DNA from: Candidatus Omnitrophota bacterium
Lineage (GTDB): Bacteria > Omnitrophota > Omnitrophia > Omnitrophales > Aquincolibacteriaceae
Direction: 5' to 3'
DNA: 44,045 nucleotides
NCBI GenBank assembly: GCA_041585205.1
Contig: JBFHCO010000001.1
Location: forward strand, 1-44,045
The notes below the pieces were generated by a model. That model did not search any database and had not been told where the DNA came from. It worked only from the letters and a program-made list of their open reading frames with translations. Shown piece by piece: positions 10,101 to 16,300 of this stretch. Positions within the stretch are counted from its first letter, which is position 1. The number at the start of each line of letters is the position of its first letter. A program made the translations under genes and the position numbers.

Positions 10101-10719
10101 ATTCTTTGAGTTCTTTTGAAAAGAACTTCTCGCGGCGCTTGTCCAAATCTTTTCTGAGTTCCCCGAGAGCCTGATGAACCGCTTCCTTGTCGCCGTAGGC
10201 GCGTAGATAGGCGTAGTAATTGCGTTCGTACAAATCCCAATCTTCAATTCCGTAATAGCGGCCCTCCTTTTCACTGAAAATCGCGGCCGAACCCGCGCCC
10301 GTGATCTCACCTTTTTCAAGATAGTCCTTGAAGACTTTGGATTTCACCAGCTCATCCGGAAAAGACCGGAACAGTGTTAAGTCCAGCTTCCCGGCGGCGC
10401 CTTCCAAAGCCACCAAATCAATTCCGTAATGGGTCTGCAAATATTGAATGAGCTTTTGAATGTTATGCTGGGCATCCAGCACGGCATGGGCGTTTTGAAT
10501 GAGGATCACGAAGGGGCTGCCGTTACCGTTTTGTGAAGCGACCTGAATGGATGCGAATTCGGTCGGAATTTGCACGCCGTCTGGAAACGGCACCGCGATG
10601 CCGGCTTTCGTGGACAAAGGCACCGCCGCGGGCGGCTGCGCCCATGTCGCGTTGGTTGCGGAAAATATCAAAATTGTAAGCCAGGCCAAGATTCTGAGTT
10701 TTCTGAGTGAATGAATCAT
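1183..10719 (-). CDS. Giant (3,178 aa) exported multidomain protein: TraB/TIKI-like N-module, kinase-like domain, phosphohistidine swivel plus ATP-grasp (PPDK_N-type) dikinase module, shared C-terminal tail
   Basis: Uninterrupted 3,178-codon frame with ATG at 10717-10719 and TAA at 1183-1185. The N-terminus MIHSLRKLRILAWLTILIFSATNATWA/Q is a typical Sec signal peptide (basic n-region, hydrophobic core, A-x-A-like site). The start overlaps the stop of the upstream HTH gene (ATGA). Confidence 0.9.
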   Translation of the reverse strand: MIHSLRKLRILAWLTILIFSATNATWAQPPAAVPLSTKAGIAVPFPDGVQIPTEFASIQVASQNGNGSPFVILIQNAHAVLDAQHNIQKLIQYLQTHYGIDLVALEGAAGKLDLTLFRSFPDELVKSKVFKDYLEKGEITGAGSAAIFSEKEGRYYGIEDWDLYERNYYAYLRAYGDKEAVHQALGELRKDLDKRREKFFSKELKEFHAHREAFEAENAYLLQLLKYLGDLEGASEKIKQYPQLSRLYDSFEFEKSAAEQQENVDGQVREMAATFKSRFLKKMNIKDEMQFHRNYQTYVTGGMEPGQFLKYMLEIGRKMGLKPRLTPAMMRLIGHSETLASIKGTKLFDELEALFRDIENDLVQKPEERELIERYRRLRLLGDLANLEVTRAQLDEFRDDPDGFLDLLKDSRAHLQSALEFYRLALERDEAFKRNLMETLKQQKAKAAIVVAGGFHTQGFEKNLDAEGVSYLVIMPNIGSLAGHEFYPELMHGRLSYKRDLDVSFYDAFAKHSTAKLVAELNQPDFRKALKLWRDNVIRKLNEEGRIAEAKEYTQYIDLLFKVYRDRFGGEGPASASREDILSIIREELDAFREKTLSDLWNHFQVQLNAFTEGLQFLTERKALTAENVSVLIDQAGAVSPAAVETTGVVVLNPGAPQSNTFLQTIRTGISRAETRAIADLATIIPPREGFAPVLGRAAELVPAARPAIVTPEMIRTAERMVQTERQAAQLERQFGAELARPGVDTAAQTLVTGLQRAGVDAGTAVAGLSAAYQAVQTQSPEQDVRALPVRTVDIGDIRVTTGPLATQPQTRAETRSQIESAISQSAARSDIKRQDTAEFTEAQEIQEDQGFVLGSALTRSELRVDADESIALPVTEDDASNVLDLTPVQFGVQDGQFQIASGQATVTSQVNYAGFRPHPKDNSRLIDDLIIAVTYPGQPTPVELEYVTSGGYADVYRQRGTNRFLRIARTEDRIVRDGQARPVPLLGASSQIEAMEQSLMRYQVSERILQSVTGQADRSFPVQRPIGLTVINYTLEDGRQMSRPAMLFEGLEGEDLSRLHDEGKLDWNSTFSAVSQALQFVHDANAVGINVQDRKAENFVFDLNTQRLGSIDHDADQEISSDVGETIRQINSAIVSRRHIPDRNQLLKLLEQLRAGSLSPHNLWGILDLTAMMGMLKELLYHRAEPDPNIPGRMIKPSHHLLLQRFRPNGQHMSIAADDFEFVSVDRKAPDGSILLDEKGDVQKFHYYQHKRMPNEVFPLDQFLTGLRKRDEGSRMDLLAHQAYAVNATRMAESMQREMGLDELPPALESSVRALSQKIIDIETEIEQFAINGKRNPARRFAPADPDGNYIREVMTEIIQDVQKLQLILSQSRRVQEGVMTDEELREISQALEKEAPLPTTVRPQTYPAKPEEVADTAKEISTRRTARSEIRSQQDGDVEFDPDLGFVIGSPRSEDLPSIPLEEADDDEGAVSLPPARMAQLMGLKQDAASDLMLQIRQRIGPNGKAREGLVDQLGEETVAELESLLPSNFRDWPLNGFQDSLFVSKEAALNLIKNLRRARTILGESEYQSAIRPFNSLSAVRFIYLSDQNLTNMSLADPSVHESETDISQLGLRVTEHAAGALESFLPENIQITSVNPEFKTMLIYGMPKTNADPGVKGQIKVKVNQFFELVEINNRILMRLGSLPAHPNRSAELEAIMDLIDSMVARYQSIVSELTYTPEYDDGSAFERFISDARETRRFADMAVNMEAYSREMKLVRPILQEVKSIGRIYRMGTLNGFINLVHQKALDAVHKSIEKFEVSSIKAQLGIVKAPQIADLIMDVGDAEEGKGVVEIIDLDGTMAITDHPAANLIASTFRRVPKSVLKGHAKYTFFVNDEGYVIGDLSLGGHSATVHIDDRPLDEGGAIYLNYTDVNELRFNLIQKAFEQMGFAVETSSTKIQQTLRANFNKDAGTLRPGYNRANYIAELLQDMMWVVFTAKDIDYAIANSDDNTNFGDDYIAALEQDGGYVPWWAHIWYNELKSGPGKLGNLRSHELQALRRNIDRMSESALKSYKAQREALVRGELPSAVSEMLSDLGLDPIPAGSKLGQREIDRYVNDAIQNALLRGQIRIVMKDGKGTLEKNENYNPALSMVNSLRNLPGDSEELKNGIESAAYLNAIQSILNFETVSTVGAAFYQRALVKDKNGETISVHVLRDIASGQIIYAQTEQTVRRPGAFEISDIKLKNVMERLGSSFPVTANAVQIAGKQRMAQAVLNQTDVERVLPKEQAIFKGLASSPGVKTGRLVYNKQNLKDGDIYLAPYTTPDDNPIFGMEIGMVTTQGAEQSHAALTARGAGIPHIILRDVFWLKGKLHLRSLQAVDGSRQVVDGVETYQVQTTDIELAEGAQVTVDGATGRLIIHGEEGPEGALPIQPEGTEGPSGQIDDATLEVWMKREAQAESAWNVRQQASRAAGVDLSDRDFVRLDETGLDSEAVDMAALVQTMGGKGANLAVMSALGLPVPQGFIVTTNVFQELLDPALRDAIDRRMDEIQRKFNEAGRRLTPALEKEIAGILESIRADILDTEIPPQIENGVQDEFEKLGAERVIVRSSAVDEDSDKPFAGANLTTPDVPSGNLMQAIILNFAALYHPNSIWYRLNNGLNLKQLNHAVVVQKMIKSKKSGVVMTNDPNTLNQNRIIINIARTPGEDVVSGIADTDRIIYDKETGEIEVKVRQGQSEWAFDDLIEFYSLIENAIKIEKYYMDMRDIEFVYDDDEGLQIVQSRRGEASKEAVRQLVERSNRPAMGPITERQFTRETAPGDPGEMRDTATESPDRAEVDTETGQTKRSEMRPGAMDAMLRTPLVSLSGETRESMISASLRESPEALNRRLGDQARSELRRVEDYLQGQTVRVNQALEEETTINSILAKLFSPQLAQMLAMGTRGFVMLDKVRATVAPRLVDFFVAEPTVTTIDTTGIDIQGVSALLGNWKALNEAHIEKHGVPLFPGTIPEIRTLLIPEILLPDAGQTEARQAAGEFLSRNFDRAALAFFLGRNQSDYEPTQFLRENPMLLDSGWNDVNKPIEERRLVRNGMGKTPLIVAEIGSPFEFQSDTQMKEYGVMLREGVARSFGRIPGIRFADQVNALKLLVTVDAFKSKTRTDSQLPFPEAIAESISFMLRYVNSLLDTQAAQLAVERAA
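2420..3342 (-). other. PPDK_N-type ATP-grasp nucleotide-binding domain
   Basis: LVQTMGGKGANLAVMSALGLPVPQGFIVT (GGKGANL at 3241-3261), VIVRSSAVDEDS..FAG, SGVVMTNDP, PGEDVVSG, IEFVYDDDEGLQIVQSRRG. These are hallmark motifs of the PEP synthase/PPDK N-terminal domain. Here it lies C-terminal to the swivel domain, which is a permuted order. Confidence 0.75.
3595..3897 (-). other. PEP-utilizing-enzyme mobile (phosphohistidine swivel) domain
   Basis: GLASSPGVKTGRLVY ... MVTTQGAEQSHAALTARGAGIPHII. The putative phospho-acceptor His codon is at 3730-3732. This matches the GGxxSHAAIxARExGIP signature of PPDK, PEP synthase and rifampicin phosphotransferase. Confidence 0.7.
7180..7917 (-). other. Protein-kinase-like domain
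   Basis: Gly-rich SGGYADVYR followed by FLRIAR. Catalytic-loop-like VQDRKAENFVF (DRKAEN at 7423-7440; compare HRDLKPEN). IDHD at 7375-7386 lies 19 residues after the putative catalytic Asp (compare the HRD-to-DFG spacing). Confidence 0.45.
9230..10560 (-). other. N-terminal module, copy 1 (TraB/GumN/TIKI/ChaN-superfamily-like putative metal-dependent hydrolase)
   Basis: Ordered motifs: FVILIQNAH (IQNAH at 10486-10500), LVALEGAAG, YYGIEDWDLY, ALERDEAF, VVAGGFH (GGFH at 9352-9363). The pattern of an N-terminal His, a mid Glu, ERD, then G-G/A-x-H matches my memory of the TraB/GumN/TIKI family. It is paralogous to the modules at 11359-12930 and 38690-40160. Confidence 0.5.
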
Positions 10720-11144
10720 GACGCGCCTCGCTCGCCCGCTTTCGGACTGCCATCGGATTTGCGCTCCATCACAATCCCTTCCATTTCAAACGACCGAACA
10801 TTGCCGTTTTCCTGAATTTTGAAAACGATATGAACCGAGTCCCCAACCCCCAAATGACGAAATGCCGATTCGCCGGAATTCACCAGGAGAACCGGCCTCG
10901 AGCATCCGTGAGACATGCCATTTCCGTTTGTCTCTCCCTGCGTTCCGGAATGGCTCAAAAAGGAATGAATATCATCCGCCTTGTAGCGCCAATGCTTGCC
11001 AACCTTGACACCCTTGATGCGGCCGCGCTTGCTTAAACCGTAAAGCGTGGATAAAGGAATTTTCAGATAGAGGCACACTTCCCTTGCCGTTAATACAGAC
11101 TGACTATTCATCTCGGGCATGTCGATCATTCGCCGTTTCTCCAA
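10716..11144 (-). CDS. Excisionase-family (MerR-superfamily, HTH_17-like) DNA-binding protein with a small C-terminal beta-rich domain
   Basis: LTAREVCLYLKIPLSTLYGLSKRGRIKGVKVGKHWRYKADDIHSFL fits the excisionase-type HTH. The TGA at 10716-10718 overlaps the ATG at 10717-10719 of the 3,178-aa ORF. The track start is a TTG at 11142-11144. An ATG at 11127-11129 with GGAG 9 nt upstream is the more likely start. Confidence 0.75.
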   Translation of the reverse strand: MEKRRMIDMPEMNSQSVLTAREVCLYLKIPLSTLYGLSKRGRIKGVKVGKHWRYKADDIHSFLSHSGTQGETNGNGMSHGCSRPVLLVNSGESAFRHLGVGDSVHIVFKIQENGNVRSFEMEGIVMERKSDGSPKAGERGAS

Positions 11145-11358
11145 TAATTGCTGTTATCGCTAAGCAGAACGCAAACTGATTGCTTTAGCTTGCCAAAGCA
11201 GCTTAATTTTCTCTCTAGTTACTACTTTTATAATTCTTTTAAATACAATATAAGTATCGCATCTGTGCGGGTGGGGTACAAATGCTGGGAGGTAATACCG
11301 AAGAAATGCTATATTTTGCTAGCTATTGATCCTTTGAAAATAGCATCAGGAAAGGGCT

Positions 11359-12930
11359 TTACGTTGCAGATTCAAGATTTGCGGCTTCGGGGCTATCCCC
11401 CATATGAAGGCGTGTTGTGCGGAACCAGGTGCTGCCGTCGCCCCATTTCTCGCGTAAAACTTCGAAATAGGGGCTCGGTTCCTGTCTGATTTGAAATTTC
11501 GGAATGATGCTCAGGATGGATATTTTTTTTGCCTCAAATTGCTTGATCAGATCTTTGGCGTGAAAACCGCCGATCACGAGGGCATAGATTTTCTTCTTAT
11601 GCATGCGCATGAACAGAAGCGAATTTTCCACAATGGATTCTTCGCGCTGCCTGGCTAATTCATAGATTTGAACGGCGCTTTTCACATAGGCTTGAAGCTC
11701 CTGAAATGATTCCTTATCGTCAAGCAAAGCGCGTAAATCTTCCCGCTTCCAGACCGGCTCGAAATTATTAAATTCGGCTTCATCCCTGGGTTCCCAGCGG
11801 ATATCAAATAATTTTCTGACCAAATGCGCATAGTCCGACAGATTGGCGACAATTTTTGCATCATGATCCGGCAGCTCCTGATCCCTGATGGTTTTATAGA
11901 GTTTCTCGGCCTCTGCGTACGTCGCCTCCAAATCCGTCCCGATCAAGCTCTGGATCACCAGCAAAGCCCGCTCAATTTCTGTCACGGAATATTTTCCGTA
12001 GGCATCCGGATTTTCATTTTTAAGCCGCATCAGCGTTTCCAGAACCGCGGCCTCCCCTTCCGTTCCGGGGATCATGCGCGCCGCGTGCAAGGGGTAGAGA
12101 TCTTCCTCTGACAGCGTACGCGTGAGCACGCGCAGCAATTCCTTCTTTTCCAATTCCAGCTTACTCTGATCCAACGCCTTATTTTTGGCCTGTATCTCAT
12201 TCCACGCTTCCATATGCAGCGTTTGTTCCGCCGCGATACCAAGCGCTTCGGCGCGGCGCGTGAGCTCATCAAGATATTTGAACAACACAGAAACATTTTG
12301 ATCTGCCTGCCGACGCAGTTCGGAAAGCGCTTCCAGGGCCGGCGGGTAAAACCGAGTTCGAAGTTCGGACAGATTTTTTTCAAGCGTCTCAAGCGTGGCC
12401 AGCGCGGTTTTTTGGTTTCCGTAAAAATCGAGATAGGCCTGCATGTTTTGACTGTAAAGGACGGGATCTTCGACGCCCCACAATTTCAGATCCTGATCCT
12501 CGAGCGTCAGATCCAAAAACTCCTCAGCTGATAATTTGCCTTGCTTCAAGTAGCGCAGCGCCACGGTTTGCAAATGACGGGGGTCCACACCATTCCGCAT
12601 ATAGGACAGGTCGATATTGCCGGATCCGCCCTCCGCCATGACATACTCCAATTGATAATATTGGACGAGGTAGCGGAGGATTTCGATCATGCTTAGCTGG
12701 GCTTCGTAGCGCGCATGCGCGTCTTGAATGATCACGAGCACGGGCGCCTCAGAATCCCCTGATTCAACCGTGCGCTCCGTGATGGCCAAATGGGAAGGAA
12801 TGGTGACGGGAATGGGGTCCGGATCGGCTGCCGCAGAGCCTATCATGATCTGCGCCATGAAGCCCGCGGCAATCGGGAGCAAAAGCGTTCGAAACAGCCT
12901 GCATTTATTATGAGATGTCCGGTCCGCCAT
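11359..12930 (-). CDS. Exported stand-alone copy of the TraB/TIKI-like N-module (523 aa from the ATG)
   Basis: ATG at 12928-12930 with AAGGTG 7 nt upstream (the track uses a TTG one codon earlier). Signal peptide ...LLLPIAAGFMAQIMIGSAAA/D. Motifs VLVIIQDAH (12715-12729), VMAEGGSG, LWGVEDPVLY, ARQREES, LVIGGFH (11560-11571) are colinear with the N-termini of both giant ORFs. Confidence 0.85.
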   Translation of the reverse strand: MADRTSHNKCRLFRTLLLPIAAGFMAQIMIGSAAADPDPIPVTIPSHLAITERTVESGDSEAPVLVIIQDAHARYEAQLSMIEILRYLVQYYQLEYVMAEGGSGNIDLSYMRNGVDPRHLQTVALRYLKQGKLSAEEFLDLTLEDQDLKLWGVEDPVLYSQNMQAYLDFYGNQKTALATLETLEKNLSELRTRFYPPALEALSELRRQADQNVSVLFKYLDELTRRAEALGIAAEQTLHMEAWNEIQAKNKALDQSKLELEKKELLRVLTRTLSEEDLYPLHAARMIPGTEGEAAVLETLMRLKNENPDAYGKYSVTEIERALLVIQSLIGTDLEATYAEAEKLYKTIRDQELPDHDAKIVANLSDYAHLVRKLFDIRWEPRDEAEFNNFEPVWKREDLRALLDDKESFQELQAYVKSAVQIYELARQREESIVENSLLFMRMHKKKIYALVIGGFHAKDLIKQFEAKKISILSIIPKFQIRQEPSPYFEVLREKWGDGSTWFRTTRLHMGDSPEAANLESAT

Positions 12931-12955
12931 CAATAATCACCTTAAGCTAAATAAT

Positions 12956-12984
12956 ACTCTATACTTAAGAATTCTTACTATCAA
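12956..12984 (-). promoter_or_regulatory. Candidate sigma70 promoter for the 523-aa gene
   Basis: On the minus strand: TTGATA (12979-12984), a 17-nt spacer, then TAGAGT (12956-12961), about 25 nt upstream of the ATG. The spacer contains a perfect 12-bp palindrome, taagaattctta (12966-12977). The region is AT-rich, so chance matches are possible. Confidence 0.3.
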
Positions 12985-13031
12985 TAATTAGACGAGCCGA
13001 TCAAGGAGGCTATTCGAATCAAAAAGAAACG

Positions 13032-13105
13032 CGCCCGGGACGGGACTTGAACCCGCAACACCCAGATCGACAATCTGGTACTCTAACCAATTGAGCTACC
13101 CGGGC
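13032..13105 (-). tRNA. tRNA-Asp (anticodon GTC), no encoded CCA
   Basis: The reverse complement folds as a cloverleaf. Acceptor stem GCCCGGG/CCCGGGC, D arm GCTC-AATTGGTTA-GAGT, anticodon arm CCAGA-TTGTCGA-TCTGG (GTC at positions 34-36). Variable loop GTGTT, T arm GCGGG-TTCAAGT-CCCGT, discriminator G. Confidence 0.9.
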
Positions 13106-13125
13106 AGGTGTTAGAGAAGACGGAT

Positions 13126-13154
13126 ATTGTAGTCAGGATGGCACCGATTCTCAA
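13126..13154 (-). promoter_or_regulatory. Candidate sigma70 promoter for tRNA-Asp
   Basis: On the minus strand: TTGAGA (13149-13154), an exact 17-nt spacer, then TACAAT (13126-13131). This lies 20 nt upstream of the mature tRNA 5' end, and each hexamer matches consensus at 5 of 6 positions. Confidence 0.5.
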
Positions 13155-13199
13155 GGGAAAAAGGAACGCCCGGAAAGAATCGGAACGGCTCGGACGAAA

Positions 13200-13319
13200 C
13201 ACTCGCACTCTTGTGCGAGTGCGGCTCGCACCTAATCGCCATGATTAGGTACGTCATCGCGACAGCCTTTGACGGCTGTCTGCGATGGCGGCGGGAGCTT
13301 GAGGCTCCCGTCCGGGCCG
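13200..13319 (+). repeat. Multi-hairpin intergenic element, copy 1 (possible structured RNA; strand call tentative)
   Basis: Positions 13230-13319 align without gaps to 40619-40708, with about 76 of 90 positions identical by eye. Hairpins: cactcgcac/gtgcgagtg (13200-13221), the overlapping alternative gtgcgag/ctcgcac (13213-13231), cctaatc/gattagg, cgtcatcgc/gcgatggcg enclosing gacagcc/ggctgtc, and ggcgggagc/gctcccgtc. It lies between the giant-gene terminator and the tRNA promoter. Confidence 0.8.
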
Positions 13320-13320
13320 A

Positions 13321-13353
13321 CAAAAAAAGCCCCCCGGATTAAATCCGGGGGGC
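13321..13353 (-). terminator. Rho-independent terminator of the 8,957-aa ORF
   Basis: On the minus strand: GCCCCCCGGA-TTTAA-TCCGGGGGGC (a perfect 10-bp GC-rich stem, 13329-13353) followed by TTTTTTT (13322-13328). It starts 36 nt after the TAA stop. Confidence 0.85.
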
Positions 13354-13389
13354 GCCCTGGCAAACCGGCCCGAACCGACGCAGTATTGC

Positions 13390-16300
13390 TTACGCCGCCC
13401 GAGCGGTTTCGCGTTTGCCCGCGAATTGTGCCACGATATTGGACAGAATCGCGGAAACTGTTATTTCCTGGCTGCCCGGCAGGGTAAGATCTCTGTCGGT
13501 TGCGACCACGATGCGGCCTTCGGCCAATTTCACGGCACCGATCAAGACACTTGTGACAAGTTCCGGTGCCGCAAGCCGCGCCGTTTCATCCACGCGTACT
13601 TGCAAGGTGTCATTGAGGGTGAGCTTGCGCGCCGCGGCAAGCTGTTCAATGAAGCCTGTCAACGTCCAAACCGCACGGATGTCGAGCTCATCGGCCACAA
13701 GACGCTTGACCGCCAATTCAGCCGCAAAGTCATTTCGGACTTGAGCCAGCACGTCTTCAGCGCCCGCCATAGCCGGATCGATGAAGAGCACGAGCTGGGT
13801 TTCACCTGTCAATTGTCGCAGGGCCTGTTCGATAAACGCCCGGTCATAAGTCTCGACCGACACTTCAAGAACATAAGCACCCGCCACATCAATATGACCC
13901 GGAACCAAATCCACCACGAATGGTACCAAGTCGTTTGTTAATTGAATAATTTCATTTTCAAGATTCATTCCAAGCTCCAATGCACGCTGATTCAAAAAGG
14001 CGATTTCCTGTTTCAATTGCTGCATCGCCGCAGCCGCTTCGGAAAGCGCGACCACTTCGACAAACTCCGTTTCACGGCGTAACTCGGCGCGTTGCACATT
14101 CGGCATGGCATCCATGATGGCCTTGCGGCGCTTTTCGCTGATTTCGCCGCTGGTGACAAGCACGGATAAGGCATCCAAAAGCTGTAAGCGGGCTTCGGTG
14201 GCAACGCGCTTAAACTCGGATCCCTCGGGCTCCGCATCGATGCGTTTGTCCATGGCTTCAAAGACCTGTTCGACCTGAGCCTGAGAAGCGCTCGGAGCGC
14301 CCAGTTTTTCGAATGTTCGAACGGCGCCCTTGAAGATATCGGGATCCGTCTCCTGGTTTAAAACGGCGCGCAGGGTTTCCACTTCATGACCGCTGTAAAT
14401 GCCGTGCTGACGAATGACATCCATGGCTTCGGTTTTCATCGCTTTTACGGTTTCAGGATCCCGCTCATTAAAAAGCAGCCAATGCGTGTAAATCTGCGCC
14501 AGCATTTCACCCGGTACTTTCAACTGTTTTGTCAATCCTTCGCGAATTGTTTGACGGACTGACGCGCTCGTATCGACATCTGCCGGATTGGTAATTTTCG
14601 TATCATTATTGAAACCCAAAGACTCGGTCAGGAGCTGAACAATGCGCGTCTTCACATCCCTTTCGGCTTTGACGCCGGTGCGGACCAGCGCATTGACGGC
14701 ATCCACACGAACGCCTTCCTCGCCATGTTTCAAGCCCTTCTGATAAATATCAGTTAAATCGTTATTGTTCACTTCAACCGTCATCGACCGTAATGCACGA
14801 ATGGCTTTACGGCGGACAATGCCTTCATTATCCGTCACAGCATCTGTTAATGCCGCAATCGCTTTCCGGCCCCCCAATTGGGTTAGGGCCTCGATCGCAG
14901 TCACACGCTCTTCCAAGACGGCTGCTTGCGTTTCCTGATCCGCTCCCTGCGGACCCCGGTCCTGCAAGCGCGGAATAATTACATCCGCCACGCGCCGGTC
15001 ACCGACGCGGCCCAAGGCACGAACGGCGGCCACGCGAATTTCAGGATCCGCATCTCCCACTTTGACGCTCAGCGCCTGAATGGATCGCTTATCCGCCAAT
15101 TCACCGAGAGAAGCCAACGCCTCGAGTTGAACGGGCTTTTCGGGGCTTTGCAGAGCCATCACATCAAATTGCACCAAATCTTTTTTAGAGGCGTTGAGCT
15201 TTTTCAACGCAACGCGCGCAGCGAGCCGGACCTTCTCATTCGCATCCTCGCCCACAACTTGACCTAATGCTTCGATGGAGTTGCGCGTTCCTATTTGACC
15301 CAAATTTTCGGCGGCCGCCAATCTGACTTCAGGTTCCGCATCCTCGGTCAACGATTCCAAAAGAGTGCTTTCAACCTGCGCGGCCGGAAATTGACCCAAA
15401 ATACCCACTGCAAGGACACGCTCTTCCGCATCCGCGGTTCTCAACTTTTCCGTCAAAATGCTGACTGCCTCCGGTTTGCGAAGCGCGCCAAGCGCCTGAA
15501 TCGCATCACGACGCACGCCCTGACTCGGATCATTCTGCAGTCGGTCCAGCACTACTTGATAAACAGCATCGCGCAGGGACTCGTCTTTAACACGCGCTAC
15601 CGCATCCGCGATCGATTCGACGATTTGGCGTCTCATCAACGCGGTCTTGTCGGGATCCGGCTGAGTTCCCGGCGCCGGCTTCACGCGGTTTAAAACATCC
15701 GTGTAGATTTCTACCAATTCTTTTTTGTTCCGATACCCTGCTTCCTTCAGGCCTTCGGCGACCGCAAACGCCACATCGGTCACATCATTTTTCTTTGCGG
15801 CAATAGCGCGCATAATTTTATTACGAAGTTCACGCGTTGCCGCGGTCGGCTTTTCGACTCCATCCAATGCCACCGCCAATCTGGCCAAGGCCGTAACCGC
15901 AGCTGCGCGCACTTGCACGCTTGAATCATCCAATCTCTCGATCAAGGCTTCCGCCACGGAAGGTTTGGGATGTTCCAAAACACCCAGTGTTTCGGCCGCG
16001 TCCCGGCGCACCCCCGCATTCGTATTTTCAAGCGCGCGTACATACACCGCGGCCAATTCATCCGGATCAAGATCCAGTTCTCTTAAAACACCCCGCACGG
16101 CATTACGCACGTCGTGATTCGGATCCACGGTGCGGGACTTCAGCGCATTTTGGATCGACGGGGCAATCAGATCAGGATCCGTCTCAGCAATATCCATCAG
16201 GCCTTCCGCCCCTTCCCGGCGTATGGCGGCATTATCGTCGTTATTCAATGATTTCACATAGACATCGGATGCCAAGCGCGCCTTATCAATATCAAGATTG

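Noticed and set aside
10716-10950. C-terminal half of the HTH protein as a PilZ (c-di-GMP-binding) domain
   Set aside because: The size and beta-rich character are compatible, but the diagnostic RxxxR and D/NxSxxG motifs are not clearly present.
11148-11489. Plus-strand ORF 11148..11489 (113 aa) in and beyond the HTH upstream spacer
   Set aside because: It overlaps the 3' end of the 523-aa gene in antisense, starts at a non-ATG codon in AT-rich DNA, and has no recognisable features.
418-11530. Homopolymer tracts (A8/T8 at 418-425 and 11523-11530; several T7 runs) as phase-variation switches
   Set aside because: The tracts are short, encode ordinary Lys-rich stretches, and are not concentrated near 5' ends. 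There is no evidence of length heterogeneity in a single sequence.
13200-13319. Known RNA families for the element (tmRNA, SRP RNA, 6S RNA, T-box, TPP/guanidine riboswitches, hammerhead, retron msr/msd, DGR template repeat)
   Set aside because: None of the hallmark sequences I remember are present: tmRNA acceptor/T-arm ends, the SRP GGAA-loop domain IV, hammerhead CUGAUGA...GAAA, TPP CUGAGA, ACGR loops. There is no reverse transcriptase gene, and mismatches between copies are not adenine-specific. Only an Rfam/Infernal scan can settle this.
13269-13487. Small plus-strand ORFs starting MTA(V/A)..GG.SL in both element copies (13269..13487 and 40658..40900)
   Set aside because: The apparent conservation comes from the nucleotide repeat. 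Differences between the copies are mostly non-synonymous and coincide with paired stem positions. The start is a TTG without an RBS, and both ORFs run into the antisense of real genes.
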